DNA of 64,000 nucleotides from an uncultured Pyrinomonadaceae bacterium (GTDB taxonomy: Bacteria > Acidobacteriota > Blastocatellia > Pyrinomonadales > Pyrinomonadaceae). The stretch is taken from contig CAXSGY010000003.1 in the NCBI GenBank assembly GCA_964237235.1, forward strand, positions 68,920 to 132,919, written 5' to 3'. A program made the position numbers and the translations under genes. Position 1 is the first letter of the stretch, and every line of letters starts with the position of its first letter. This document shows positions 46,715 through 56,444 of this stretch, one piece after another. The notes under the pieces are model-generated. The model was not told the DNA's origin and ran no database searches. It saw only the letters and a list, made by a program, of their open reading frames with translations.

Positions 46715-47034
46715 AAAATTTACTCCTTTAATATTTTACCCGAGTTAAAGAGCAAGCGATATGCCAACGGCAATTTTATTGCGCTAAAGATTTAAGTTAA
46801 TTGATTTTGACGGATTTGAAATTTACGAAGTGTTCGATATTCGTTCGACATTTGACGGACAAGTTTATGCGAAAAACAGCTCGCAAAGATTTTAACTGTT
46901 CACTATCAACTATTCTCTATTAACTGAAAAACAGAGATACATTTTTTATCAGTGAACGGTCAATAAGGAATAATGAACAGTCGAGCAGACATTACCGGCT
47001 ATTGGTGAAATTTTTGGCGCGAAGACGGGCGCGT

Positions 47035-47544
47035 TTAGTTTTTCCTTGATTTGACCGATCTTTTCGGCGGCGCGAAATTTTTCGGCGCAATTTGTTTTTC
47101 CAATTTTGCGTCGGTTGTTGATTTCGCAATTTCAAAGGCGAGGCTTTTCGATAATTTGCCGTTAACGAAAACGTCAACGCGATAGTCGCCCGGCTGCCAG
47201 CCTTTGGCGGGCGAGGCGTGAAAATTTACGCCGTCTTCGTTGCCCCTGGTCGTATAGCTGACCGAGATGCTTTTCGTTTCGGGCAGTAAACCGGCGGCTT
47301 TGACGGCGACCAGAATCATTTTTACAGTCGCTTTTTCAGTTGAGTTAAGCCGGATCAAACAATGAATCGGCGCATCGTCGGTGCTGAATTTATCGGTCAA
47401 CTCACCCGGATTGCCCTTACCGTCGTCGCGCGCCAGAGCGATTTCTGCGACGGCGACTTCCAGAGGTTTTTCCGTCGGTGCGGATTGTGCTTGAACGCTC
47501 AGAGCCAGAAACGAACACAAAAATAAAATCAGGACGGATTTCAT
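47035..47544 (-). CDS. Hypothetical secreted protein
   Basis: The internal Met gives the signal peptide MKSVLILFLCSFLALSVQAQ, preceded by AGGAG. The longer listed ORF start is unlikely. Confidence 0.5.
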   Translation of the reverse strand: MKSVLILFLCSFLALSVQAQSAPTEKPLEVAVAEIALARDDGKGNPGELTDKFSTDDAPIHCLIRLNSTEKATVKMILVAVKAAGLLPETKSISVSYTTRGNEDGVNFHASPAKGWQPGDYRVDVFVNGKLSKSLAFEIAKSTTDAKLEKQIAPKNFAPPKRSVKSRKN

Positions 47545-47650
47545 AAGCGTCTCCTGAGAAAAAAAGTAAATCTTCGATAATCTTTCGTAAAATTCCTTTT
47601 TTATTGGTGCGGCAAATTGGCGTTTAGTTGCACTGAGCGGAAAAATAATT

Positions 47651-49402
47651 TTAATCAGCGGGCAAATAATTTTCAATCGCGTTTCGCAAAATTGCCGCGT
47701 CGCCGGCTTCGATTGTTTGAATGACCTTGACGTTTTCGAGACCGCAATTTTTCGACGCGATGACCGGAATTCGGTTGGCGGCGGCTTGCAGAAGTCGTCT
47801 TGGCTTGTGTTCGACGAACGCGGGCAGAACCACTAAATCGGCTCGTTCGAGCCAACCGCCGCCGCCTTTTTCGCAATCAATTCCGTGCCAGAAGTTCGCG
47901 CCTTCGAGTTCCGCGCCGAGCGTCAGAAGTTTTACGTCCAAACCGCGTAACGCCTCGCGCAGTTCGTAACAGCCTTTGCGTCCGACGGTCGAAGCGGGAA
48001 ATACGATGGTGAATTTTTCGTTTCTCTTTTTGTCGGATTTTTTCGCCGTCGGCAATTTCCATTCGAGCAGTGTTGCGCGTTTACCGAACGGCGCGGCGAT
48101 TGCCGTGTGCGCGGTGATGATTCGTTCGGCGTTTTCGAGTGCTTCGGTTTCGGCTTCGACGATTTTATCGTCGGCGCGAAAATCGCCGAGCGTCGGACTT
48201 GAAGGATGCAGCGCGGCGGCAAAATCCAGATTTTCCTGCAAATTTTTCATCGGCAAAGCCGCCATCAAAACGTCGAAGGTTCTGCCGCCGAGCGCGCCGC
48301 TTCGCCATAAAAACGGCAGAAGATTTTGCTGGATGATGAGATGCGTTTGATCGTAACGAAGCGATTTCGCGTAGCTTTCGGCGAGCTTTCGATGCATCGC
48401 CAGCAAATTTTTTTGCCGCGCCGCGCTCTGCGCCGCGAGCTTTCGTGATTTATATGAGCGTTTGAGCGTGATGAGCAATTTTTGCTCAACCCGCTCAAAT
48501 TCTTTCGTCGTCCAGGCGTAATTCGCTTTTCTAAAACGCTTTCCGTCAAGCGGAACGAACAGAATATCCGACGGCGTTTTCGCCTTTTGAATATAATCGT
48601 CAAACTCCGGCGCGAATTCGTCAACGAGAAAAGCGGCGCGTCCGAATTTTCGCGGCGCATTATTTTTCAAGCTGCGAAAACAGCTTTCCACGCCGCACGT
48701 CGCGCAACTGTTCGGTGTTTTTTGCGGCGCGTCCGAACTTGAAATCGAATCTTTTTTGCTGATCGAAATCAGCGCAGATTTTTGCGGCGCGTCGCCTTTA
48801 AATTTGACGCGCAGGTGATCTTTGCCGAGTTTGGCTTCGATGCGAAAGGCGCGGACAGAACGAAAACGCAAATCTACGTAATTCCAGAAAACGGTCGCGT
48901 CACGTCCCTTTTCGGCGAGCGAACCGGCGACGATTTGCGAATGCGCGTGGCGTTCGACGATTTCAAATCCGGCTTGCAAAGCCGCGTCGTAGAGCGCATT
49001 CGAGAGTTGACATAAACCACCGCCGACATTCGGAATCAGACAGCCTTCGCGCAGCTCGCGTCCCTCGACGAATCCGCGGCGGCGCGTCGCCCGTCCGATT
49101 GATTTCCAAAAACTGAAAACCTCGTTCGCGGGAATTTCCAAGCCGTCTAAATGTTTGATCGCCGCGCGCAGATTTTCGACTTTGCCCGCCAAGAGGAATT
49201 GTTCTTCCGGCGCGGCTTCGGTCCACAGAGGCGTTTTCGATTCGGCGATAATTGATTTCTCCGCTAAATTTTCCGCCGCCGAAAATCGTTCGATGCGTCG
49301 GTCGAACGCGTTTTCAAATCCGCGTTTTAACTGCAAAAGCGAGCTTTTACCGCGAAAAATTAACGATTGAGCGAACGTGTGAATTCGGTTTTCCTGTTTC
49401 AT
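47651..49402 (-). CDS. VanW-domain protein fused to a GT-B (GT1/GT4-like) glycosyltransferase-like region
   Basis: VanW-like FSFWKSIGRATRRRGFVEGRELREGCLIPNVGGGLCQLSNALY. The C-terminal ...VFPASTVGRKGCYELREA...ADLVVLPAFVEHKPRRLLQAAANRIPVIAS resembles the GT-B C-terminal domain. Confidence 0.6.
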   Translation of the reverse strand: MKQENRIHTFAQSLIFRGKSSLLQLKRGFENAFDRRIERFSAAENLAEKSIIAESKTPLWTEAAPEEQFLLAGKVENLRAAIKHLDGLEIPANEVFSFWKSIGRATRRRGFVEGRELREGCLIPNVGGGLCQLSNALYDAALQAGFEIVERHAHSQIVAGSLAEKGRDATVFWNYVDLRFRSVRAFRIEAKLGKDHLRVKFKGDAPQKSALISISKKDSISSSDAPQKTPNSCATCGVESCFRSLKNNAPRKFGRAAFLVDEFAPEFDDYIQKAKTPSDILFVPLDGKRFRKANYAWTTKEFERVEQKLLITLKRSYKSRKLAAQSAARQKNLLAMHRKLAESYAKSLRYDQTHLIIQQNLLPFLWRSGALGGRTFDVLMAALPMKNLQENLDFAAALHPSSPTLGDFRADDKIVEAETEALENAERIITAHTAIAAPFGKRATLLEWKLPTAKKSDKKRNEKFTIVFPASTVGRKGCYELREALRGLDVKLLTLGAELEGANFWHGIDCEKGGGGWLERADLVVLPAFVEHKPRRLLQAAANRIPVIASKNCGLENVKVIQTIEAGDAAILRNAIENYLPAD

Positions 49403-49455
49403 TTCGATAAGAAAAATCTCAGCCGCCGAAAGATTTGTGATAAATTACAACAATT

Positions 49456-49911
49456 ATGAAAATTTATCTATTGCTTTCGGCGTTTTCCGTAACCTTTTTA
49501 TTGACGTGCGCGGCAAACGTCTTTGCCTTGTCGAGCGACCGCGACGCGAAAATCAAAGTCGATATTCAGAAGGTTTTGACCGAACAGACGGCGGCGTGGA
49601 ACGCGGGCGACATCGAAGGATTTATGAAGGGCTACTGGAATTCGCCCGATTTGATTTTCGTCTCCGGCGATAACGTCACGCGCGGCTGGCAGCCGACCGT
49701 TGAACGCTATAAAAAGAATTACGATTCGAAAGCGAAAATGGGCGCGTTGACGTTTACCGATTTGCAAATTGACGTTTTATCAAAAGATTCGGCGGTCGCA
49801 CTCGGCAGTTGGGCTTTAAAACGCGACTCGGACAATCCGCACGGAAAATTTACCTTAATTTTCAAAAAATTTAAAGACGGATGGCGCATTATTCACGATC
49901 ATACGAGTTGA
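49456..49911 (+). CDS. SnoaL-like / DUF4440 (NTF2-fold) secreted protein
   Basis: Signal peptide. AAWNAGDIEGFMKGYW motif typical of DUF4440. Confidence 0.6.
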   Translation: MKIYLLLSAFSVTFLLTCAANVFALSSDRDAKIKVDIQKVLTEQTAAWNAGDIEGFMKGYWNSPDLIFVSGDNVTRGWQPTVERYKKNYDSKAKMGALTFTDLQIDVLSKDSAVALGSWALKRDSDNPHGKFTLIFKKFKDGWRIIHDHTS

Positions 49912-50072
49912 AATCGGAATTTACCAAAACGGATTCCGACTTGAGCGGGCTTTCGTCGCAATCAGGAATAGGCTCGACTGGAAACCCGGAAATTTAGAGG
50001 AATACGGTTTGCCTTGGTTCCGATGACTGTTTGATTTCAGAACAATTCAAAAGAGCAAGGGAAGATTAATTT

Positions 50073-50564
50073 ATGGAAGATAAAAGAGCGGAAGCAATCG
50101 AAAAATTTAAGAAATTAACCGAAGGCATTGATTTTTGTATGCTGACGACGATTAACGGCGGACAGCTTCGTTCGCGTCCGATGTCCACGCAGGAGATGGA
50201 TGAAAACGGCGATTTGTGGTTTTTTACGAGCGATCAGACGCACAAGGTTGACGAGATCGAAAAAGACGACCGCGTGAACGTCGCTTATTCGAAACCCGGC
50301 GACAACACATATGTTTCGGTGGCGGGCAGCGGGCAGCTTTCCAAAGACCGCCAGAAAATCGAAGAGCTTTGGAATCCGATTTTAAAGGCGTGGTTTCCCG
50401 AAGGTCTCGACGATCCGCATTTGGCTTTATTAAAAGTTTCCGTCACCGAAGCCGAATATTGGGATTCGCCGAATTCGAAAATCGTGCAGCTTTACGGGTT
50501 CGTCAAAGCGATGGTCACGGGCGAACCGGCGAAAGTCGGTGATCACGGCAAAGTAAATTTGTAA
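50073..50564 (+). CDS. Pyridoxamine 5'-phosphate oxidase-family protein (general stress protein 26-like)
   Basis: CMLTTINGGQLRSRPM...LWFFT...YVSVAGSG...W pattern. 163 aa. Confidence 0.7.
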   Translation: MEDKRAEAIEKFKKLTEGIDFCMLTTINGGQLRSRPMSTQEMDENGDLWFFTSDQTHKVDEIEKDDRVNVAYSKPGDNTYVSVAGSGQLSKDRQKIEELWNPILKAWFPEGLDDPHLALLKVSVTEAEYWDSPNSKIVQLYGFVKAMVTGEPAKVGDHGKVNL

Positions 50565-50589
50565 GATAATTGAAAACCGATAATTGTTG

Positions 50590-50627
50590 ATGGATAATGA
50601 AACGCGAAAGTTTCATTATCCATTTTT
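50590..50627 (+). terminator. Intrinsic terminator
   Basis: 14-bp stem ATGGATAATGAAAC / GTTTCATTATCCAT followed by TTTT. Confidence 0.7.
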
Positions 50628-50645
50628 CGTTTTCGGGAGAATTTT

Positions 50646-52607
50646 ATGAAGAAGTTTTTTGCCGTTTGCGCCGCCTTTATTTTCGTGGTATTCGCGTTCG
50701 CGCAAACTAAAACCGCGCCGCAAAATTACACGATTCAGCAGTATCTGAATATCAAATCGGCTTCGTCGCCGACGTTTTCCGTTGACGGCAAGCGTTTGTT
50801 TTATCTGACGAATGTCACCGGAACTTCGCAAATTTGGGCGATTGATGTGCCGAACGGACAGTCAAAGCAAATTACCGATTACGAAGACAACGTTTCATTC
50901 GTCAAGTTCGCGCCCGACGGCAGCGGCGCGGTGTTCGGCAAAGCCGTCGGCGGCAACGAAAACACGCAAATTTTCTGGATGAAATCCGACGGCACGGGCA
51001 TCAAAGAATTAACGAAAAATCCGTCGGTTCGCTACAACTTCGGCGATTGGTCAGCGGACGGCGCGAAAATTTATTACGCCTCGAACAAGCGCGATAAAGA
51101 TTTCTTTGACATTTACGCGATGAACGTGGCGAGCGGCAAAGAAGAATTGATTTACCAGCAAAACGGCAACAACGATTTTGCCGCCGCATCGAAAGACGGC
51201 AGCAAAATTATCGTCTCGCGCGACGGCACCGAATTGAGTCTCGACAACAATCTTTATTTGATTGACGCACAGACCAAAAAAGAAACTCTGCTGACCGCGC
51301 ACACCGGCGCGAGCGAATTCGGCGACGCGCATTTTTTGAAAAACGATTTGATCGTGCTGACTTCCGACGACGGCGGAGAATTTGCCAATCTCGAATTCAG
51401 AGATTTGAAATTGAACAAAACGCTTCCTTTTGAAAAAACCGATTGGGGCGTGGAAAGTTTGACAATTTCGAGCCAGAACAACGGTTTCGCCTACACGAAA
51501 AACCGCGAAGGATTCAGCGAATTATACGTCGCCGACGCGCGCGCCTATAAAGAACAAAACGGCAAAATGATTGTCGGCGTTCCCAAATACGTCGAGCAAA
51601 TCGCGCTGCCCGGCAAAGGTGTCGTCGGCGGTCTGACGTTTTCCCAGGACCAAACGAAAATCGCCTTCACATTCAGCGGCGCGAAATATAATTCCGACGT
51701 TTGGATGTATGATTTTATCAAGCAGAAACTTACGCAAATCACGAAAAGCGCACGCTCGGATATTCCGCAGGAATCTTTTGTTGAGCCGCAGTTGATTAAA
51801 TTCAAGAGTTTTGACGGGCGCGAAATTCCGGCTTGGTACTATAAATCATTTTGGATTGATAGAACTGTTTCGGCTGTAAAAGGTGCGGATAATGAATGGA
51901 AAACAACATTAACAATTGATAAAGGTTCACCCGTCATCGTCAGCGTTCACGGCGGACCCGAAGGGCAGGAGCGTCCCGGATTTAATCCGCTTTATCAATA
52001 TTATCTGTCGCGCGGTTACGCTATTTTGGCGACGAACGTGCGCGGCTCGACCGGTTACGGCAAAACTTTCACGCATCTCGACGACGTTCGCAAACGCGAA
52101 GATTCGGTCAAGGATTTAGCCTCGGCGGTCGAATGGCTGAAACTGTCAGGCGGCGCGGATAAGCAAAAAATCGCCGTGATGGGCGGCAGTTACGGCGGTT
52201 ATATGACGCTCGCGGCGATTACGCTTTATCCTGATTTGTGGGCGGCGGCGGTTGATACGGTCGGCATTGGGAACTGGGAAAGCTTCTTAAAAAACACGAG
52301 CGGTTATCGCCGCCGCCAGCGCGAAGTCGAATACGGAATGCTCGACAAAGATATTGATTTCTTGCGCTCGATTTCGCCGCTCGCCAAAGCCGATAGAATC
52401 AAATGTCCGCTGTTCGTCATTCAAGGCAAAAATGATCCGCGCGTGCCATATACCGAAGCCGAACAAATCGTCAAAGCCGTCAAGGACAAAGGCGGAATCG
52501 TCCAGTATAAACTTTACAACGACGAAGGACACGGCATTTCCAAACTCAAAAACCGCCTCGATTTATACCCGCAAGTCGCCGATTTTTTGGATAAATATAT
52601 GAAGTGA
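50646..52607 (+). CDS. S9-family serine peptidase (prolyl oligopeptidase / acylaminoacyl-peptidase type)
   Basis: Signal peptide, an N-terminal beta-propeller region, GGSYGGYM nucleophile, GKNDPRVP and DEGHG triad elements. Confidence 0.88.
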   Translation: MKKFFAVCAAFIFVVFAFAQTKTAPQNYTIQQYLNIKSASSPTFSVDGKRLFYLTNVTGTSQIWAIDVPNGQSKQITDYEDNVSFVKFAPDGSGAVFGKAVGGNENTQIFWMKSDGTGIKELTKNPSVRYNFGDWSADGAKIYYASNKRDKDFFDIYAMNVASGKEELIYQQNGNNDFAAASKDGSKIIVSRDGTELSLDNNLYLIDAQTKKETLLTAHTGASEFGDAHFLKNDLIVLTSDDGGEFANLEFRDLKLNKTLPFEKTDWGVESLTISSQNNGFAYTKNREGFSELYVADARAYKEQNGKMIVGVPKYVEQIALPGKGVVGGLTFSQDQTKIAFTFSGAKYNSDVWMYDFIKQKLTQITKSARSDIPQESFVEPQLIKFKSFDGREIPAWYYKSFWIDRTVSAVKGADNEWKTTLTIDKGSPVIVSVHGGPEGQERPGFNPLYQYYLSRGYAILATNVRGSTGYGKTFTHLDDVRKREDSVKDLASAVEWLKLSGGADKQKIAVMGGSYGGYMTLAAITLYPDLWAAAVDTVGIGNWESFLKNTSGYRRRQREVEYGMLDKDIDFLRSISPLAKADRIKCPLFVIQGKNDPRVPYTEAEQIVKAVKDKGGIVQYKLYNDEGHGISKLKNRLDLYPQVADFLDKYMK

Positions 52608-52614
52608 GACTAAA

Positions 52615-52700
52615 GTGAAAAAGTGGAAAAGTGGAAATGTGAAAAAGTTCGTTTGATCTAGACAAAACTTTTTCACATTTCCACTTTTCCACTTTTTCAC
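52615..52700. repeat. 35-bp perfect hairpin whose arm is four tandem octamers (GTGAAAAA GTGGAAAA GTGGAAAT GTGAAAAA); related to 62534-62697
   Basis: 52615-52649 pairs base for base with 52666-52700, with a 16-nt loop containing TCTAGA. The right arm overlaps the P450 stop codon (52697-52699). Confidence 0.85.
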
Positions 52701-54040
52701 CTTTTAAAAATCCTCATCCGCATTCCGTATTTCGGGCGCAAGGTAATCATTGCATGCTTTGCGATTCTTTGTTCGGGCATTAAAGATAGTTTCCATTTCC
52801 TGCTTAAATTCGCCAAGAGCAAAACGCCTTCCATCCAAGCGAATTGTTCGCCGACGCAGCTTCGCACGCCTTTGCTGAACGGGAAGTAAATAAATTTATT
52901 GCCGGCTTCTTTAATCGAGATTTTTTCCCATCGTTCGGGAGTGAACTGTTCGGGGTTTTCCCAGAAACGCGCGTCGCGGTGCATTACGAATTGGCTGGCC
53001 AGCACGAGCGATTTCGCCGGAACCTGAAAGTTTCTGAATTCGTGATTTTCCGTCGCCAGTCGTCCGATAGTCCACGCGGGCGGAAACATTCGCATTGATT
53101 CGGCGAGAACGGCTTCGGTATATTTCAGACGCGGATAATCTTCGGGCGATAAAGAATTGTCGCTCAAAACCGCGTCGAGTTCGGCGTGAAATTTTTGTTC
53201 GGCTTCAGGGTTTTGCGAGAGCAGATAAAACGTCCAGACGAGCGCGTTGGCGGTCGTTTCGTGTCCGGCTAAAAAAAGCGTTAAGCATTCGTCGCGGACT
53301 TGTTTGTCGGTCATCGCGCCGCCGGTTTCTTCGTCCTGCGCGAGCAGCAGCATCGAAAGCAAATCGCCCGTGTCTTCGCCGGACGCGCGGCGTTCGTTGA
53401 TGATTTTATAAATCACTTCGTCGAGTATTTGACGGGCGCGTTTTAATCTTTTAACCGGCGGCAGCGGAAGTTTTTCCAAAATTTCCGAGAAGGGAAACAG
53501 CATAAAATTAAACATTGAAACAATCGTGTTCATCGCCGCGCCGACTTCCGCCGCATCGGTTTCGACGTTCGCGTTGAACAAGGTTTTGCCGACGATATTT
53601 AATGTCAGGCGCATCATTTCGCGGTCAATGTCGCACACGTCGCCGTCGCGCCATTCGCCGGAAAGTTGGTCGGAAAATTCGATCATCGCTTTCGCATATT
53701 CGGCGATGCGGGCGCGGTGAAACGCGGGCTGAATCATCCGCCGCTGGCGCAAATGAAATTCCTTTTCGCTCGTCAGCAAACCTTCGCCCAACAATCCTTT
53801 CGCTCTTTGCAGGGCGCGACCTTTGAAGAATTTTTGATGATTTGTCACGAGCAAATCGCGGATCAATTCGGGATGATTGACGAGAAACGCCGGAACTTTG
53901 CCGACGCGAAACGCAGAGACATCACCGAGTTTCGACAGCTTAGTCAGAAACTCAATCGGGCTTTTGCGAAACGAGCGAAAATGCCCGCCGAATAAATCGG
54001 CTTTGACGGTCGGCGGCACGGGTTGCGGTTGTGGTTTCAT
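52697..54040 (-). CDS. Cytochrome P450
   Basis: Haem-binding FSKGVRSCVGEQFA, I-helix AGHETTA, and ESMR (ExxR). MKPQPQP at 54040 is the likelier start. Confidence 0.9.
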   Translation of the reverse strand: MKPQPQPVPPTVKADLFGGHFRSFRKSPIEFLTKLSKLGDVSAFRVGKVPAFLVNHPELIRDLLVTNHQKFFKGRALQRAKGLLGEGLLTSEKEFHLRQRRMIQPAFHRARIAEYAKAMIEFSDQLSGEWRDGDVCDIDREMMRLTLNIVGKTLFNANVETDAAEVGAAMNTIVSMFNFMLFPFSEILEKLPLPPVKRLKRARQILDEVIYKIINERRASGEDTGDLLSMLLLAQDEETGGAMTDKQVRDECLTLFLAGHETTANALVWTFYLLSQNPEAEQKFHAELDAVLSDNSLSPEDYPRLKYTEAVLAESMRMFPPAWTIGRLATENHEFRNFQVPAKSLVLASQFVMHRDARFWENPEQFTPERWEKISIKEAGNKFIYFPFSKGVRSCVGEQFAWMEGVLLLANLSRKWKLSLMPEQRIAKHAMITLRPKYGMRMRIFKR

Positions 54041-54069
54041 TTGGATTGATTTTATCAAAAGATTTTTGA

Positions 54070-54177
54070 AACCACAGATTTTCACAGATGAACACAGATA
54101 ATTTTAAGATGACAGACAGAATTTGCAGGATGAAAATCATTCTTTATATCTGTCTTCATTTGTGAAAATCTGTGGTT
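54070..54177. promoter_or_regulatory. 31-nt inverted repeat (29 Watson-Crick pairs, 1 G-T, 1 mismatch) with a 46-nt spacer; each arm carries three CACAGAT-type heptads in exact 10-bp register
   Basis: CACAGAT at 54073, 54083 and 54093. Inverted ATCTGT(C), ATTTGTG and ATCTGTG at 54148, 54158 and 54168. It lies between the divergent P450 and aminotransferase genes. Confidence 0.65.
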
Positions 54178-54231
54178 AAATTTTTCTTTGGCTTAGAAAT
54201 TTCGTCGAAAAACTGTTATTTTTAGAGAACT

Positions 54232-55389
54232 ATGTCAGAAGCCAAAGCGAAAAAAGTGAAACCGGATATTCGCGCAATTACGCGCCTTGTGCCGCCGAGC
54301 GGCAATCTCGTGCAGGGGCAATCGGAATTGCCGATTGATCCGCAATTAGCCAAAGATGCGGCGGAAATTATCGCCGCCAGCCAAAATCATTACGGCGGTT
54401 CGGAAGGCGATATAAATTTGCGAAAAGCCGTCGCCGAAAAAATTAAACGATATAACGGCATCGAAGTTGACGTAAATAAACAGCCGCTCGAAATAATGAT
54501 TACGAACGGCGGCACGGGCGCGTTAATCGGCATCGCGCAATCGTTTTTGCGCGGCAAATCCGCGCTCGTTTTCGAGCCTTATTATCCGTATCACCGCAAG
54601 ATTCTGGAAGAATTCGGCGGCAAAACCGAGACATTTGAATTAAACGCGCAATTGAGCTTTGAAAAAGACGCGCTTTTGCAGAGATGCCGGGAATTAAAAG
54701 ACCGCAGCGATTTTCCTTTGAAGGCGATTATCGTTTGCACGCCCGCCAATCCGTCGGGCAAAGTGATGACGCAAACCGAACTCGAAGCGATTGCGGACGT
54801 GGCGCAGGAACTCGATTTAATGGTCGTCTCCGACGAGGTTTACGAGCATTACGTTTACGGCGAAAATCCGCATATTCCGATAGCGACGCTGCCGGGAATG
54901 TGGGAACGAACGGTGACGGTCAATTCGTTTTCCAAATCGTGGAATATTTCCGGCTGGCGTTTGGGTTATGCTTACGGACCGGGAAATTTAGTGCAGCCGA
55001 TCAACAACGTCGCCAATATCGTCAACGTTTGTCCGGCAACGCCTTTGCAAGCCGCGCTCGCTAAAGTTTTGATGGCGGATTCGGATTATTATTCAAAATT
55101 GCGCGAAAAATTTGAAACAAAACGGCGGTTTTTCGGCGACGCGATTACCGATTTGGGATTCAAAATCTACGATTCCGGTTCGGCGTTTTACCTCTGGACG
55201 CGCATTCCCGAAGAATTCGACGACGCGATCAAATTTAACGAAATGCTGATGCGAAACGGTGTCGGCGCAACGCCGGGCAGCGCGTTCGCCGATTCGGACG
55301 ATTGGGATGCTTATATGCGAATCTGCATCGCCCGCGAAGATAATATTTTGGAAGGCGCGCTGGAGAAAATCAAAACCGCCTTAGGTTAA
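54232..55389 (+). CDS. Class I/II pyridoxal-phosphate-dependent aminotransferase
   Basis: SFSKSWNISGWRLGY (PLP lysine), CTPANPSGK, and the C-terminal GSAF...RI pattern. Confidence 0.88.
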   Translation: MSEAKAKKVKPDIRAITRLVPPSGNLVQGQSELPIDPQLAKDAAEIIAASQNHYGGSEGDINLRKAVAEKIKRYNGIEVDVNKQPLEIMITNGGTGALIGIAQSFLRGKSALVFEPYYPYHRKILEEFGGKTETFELNAQLSFEKDALLQRCRELKDRSDFPLKAIIVCTPANPSGKVMTQTELEAIADVAQELDLMVVSDEVYEHYVYGENPHIPIATLPGMWERTVTVNSFSKSWNISGWRLGYAYGPGNLVQPINNVANIVNVCPATPLQAALAKVLMADSDYYSKLREKFETKRRFFGDAITDLGFKIYDSGSAFYLWTRIPEEFDDAIKFNEMLMRNGVGATPGSAFADSDDWDAYMRICIAREDNILEGALEKIKTALG

Positions 55390-55444
55390 ATTCAGCCAGT
55401 TAAATTTAACAACTTGAACAAAACTATCCGAATCAAAAAGGATA

Positions 55445-56368
55445 ATGAAATTTTTCAGAAGATTATTCAAATGGTTCGGTTATTTTTTGCTCGCCGTGAT
55501 TTTAATTGCGGCGGGTTTTTATCTTTATCTTGCTATGCAGACTGGTAAATCAGCGGAAGCGCGACCGGTTTTTCAAAACGAAAAAATGGCTCGTCCGCTT
55601 GTTTTCGCGCATCGCGGCGGCGGCGGACTTTTTCCCGAAAATACTTTGGAAGCGTTTGAATATTCGGCGCGAATGGGCGCGGACGTTCTCGAACTAGACG
55701 TGCATTCGACCGCGGACGGAACGCTCGTCGTAATGCACGACGGCAGCGTTGACCGCACGACGAACGGGCGCGGGCGCGTCTCGGAAATGACGCTCGCCGA
55801 ACTGAAAAAACTCGACGCGGGTTATCTTTTTACCAATGACAACGGGGCGACTTTTCCGTTTCGCGGGCGCGAAATTACGATTCCGACCTTGCGCGAAATT
55901 TTTGAAAAATTTCCGCAGATGACCTTTAACGTCGAGCCGAAACAGGCAACGCCTTCGATTACGAGACCGCTCTGCGAAATGATTCGGCAGTATAAAATGA
56001 TTGACCAAACCATCGTCGGTTCGTTTCGCCAGACGGCGGTTGACGAGTTTCGGCAATTTTGTCCCGAAGTCGCCACGTCAGCCACGCCCGCCGAAGTTTC
56101 GGAGTTTTTGGCGATGTATAAAACCGGCATTGCCGATTCCTACACGCCGCCGTTTCAGGCTTTGCAGGTTCCGGTTAACGCGAGCTTTCTAAACGTCGTT
56201 TCAAAGGATTTCGTCGAAGCCGCGCACCGCCGGAATTTGCAGGTTCACGTTTGGACGATCAACGACGCGGATGAAATGCGGCGACTGCTTGAGATGAATG
56301 TGGACGGAATTATGACCGATTATCCTGACAGATTATTAAATTTGCTCGGACGCGCGCCGAAGAATTGA
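55445..56368 (+). CDS. Glycerophosphodiester phosphodiesterase (membrane-anchored)
   Basis: N-terminal TM segment. FAHRGGGGLFPENT, ELDV and VHVWTIND motifs. Confidence 0.85.
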   Translation: MKFFRRLFKWFGYFLLAVILIAAGFYLYLAMQTGKSAEARPVFQNEKMARPLVFAHRGGGGLFPENTLEAFEYSARMGADVLELDVHSTADGTLVVMHDGSVDRTTNGRGRVSEMTLAELKKLDAGYLFTNDNGATFPFRGREITIPTLREIFEKFPQMTFNVEPKQATPSITRPLCEMIRQYKMIDQTIVGSFRQTAVDEFRQFCPEVATSATPAEVSEFLAMYKTGIADSYTPPFQALQVPVNASFLNVVSKDFVEAAHRRNLQVHVWTINDADEMRRLLEMNVDGIMTDYPDRLLNLLGRAPKN

Positions 56369-56395
56369 CGGCGCGACAATCGGGATCTGAAAAAG

Positions 56396-56435
56396 AAAAA
56401 GCATCGGAAAATTGAAAAGTTTTCCGATGCTTTTT
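56396..56435. terminator. Bidirectional intrinsic terminator
   Basis: 16-bp stem AAAAAGCATCGGAAAA / TTTTCCGATGCTTTTT with loop TTGAAAAG. Confidence 0.75.
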
Positions 56436-56444
56436 TTCGTTGGT

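Noticed and set aside
52615-52700. Possibility that the octamer/heptamer arrays (also 24933-24981 and 62534-62697) are CRISPR arrays
   Set aside because: The units are 7-8 nt and contiguous, with no spacers. No cas genes are present. This is not CRISPR architecture.
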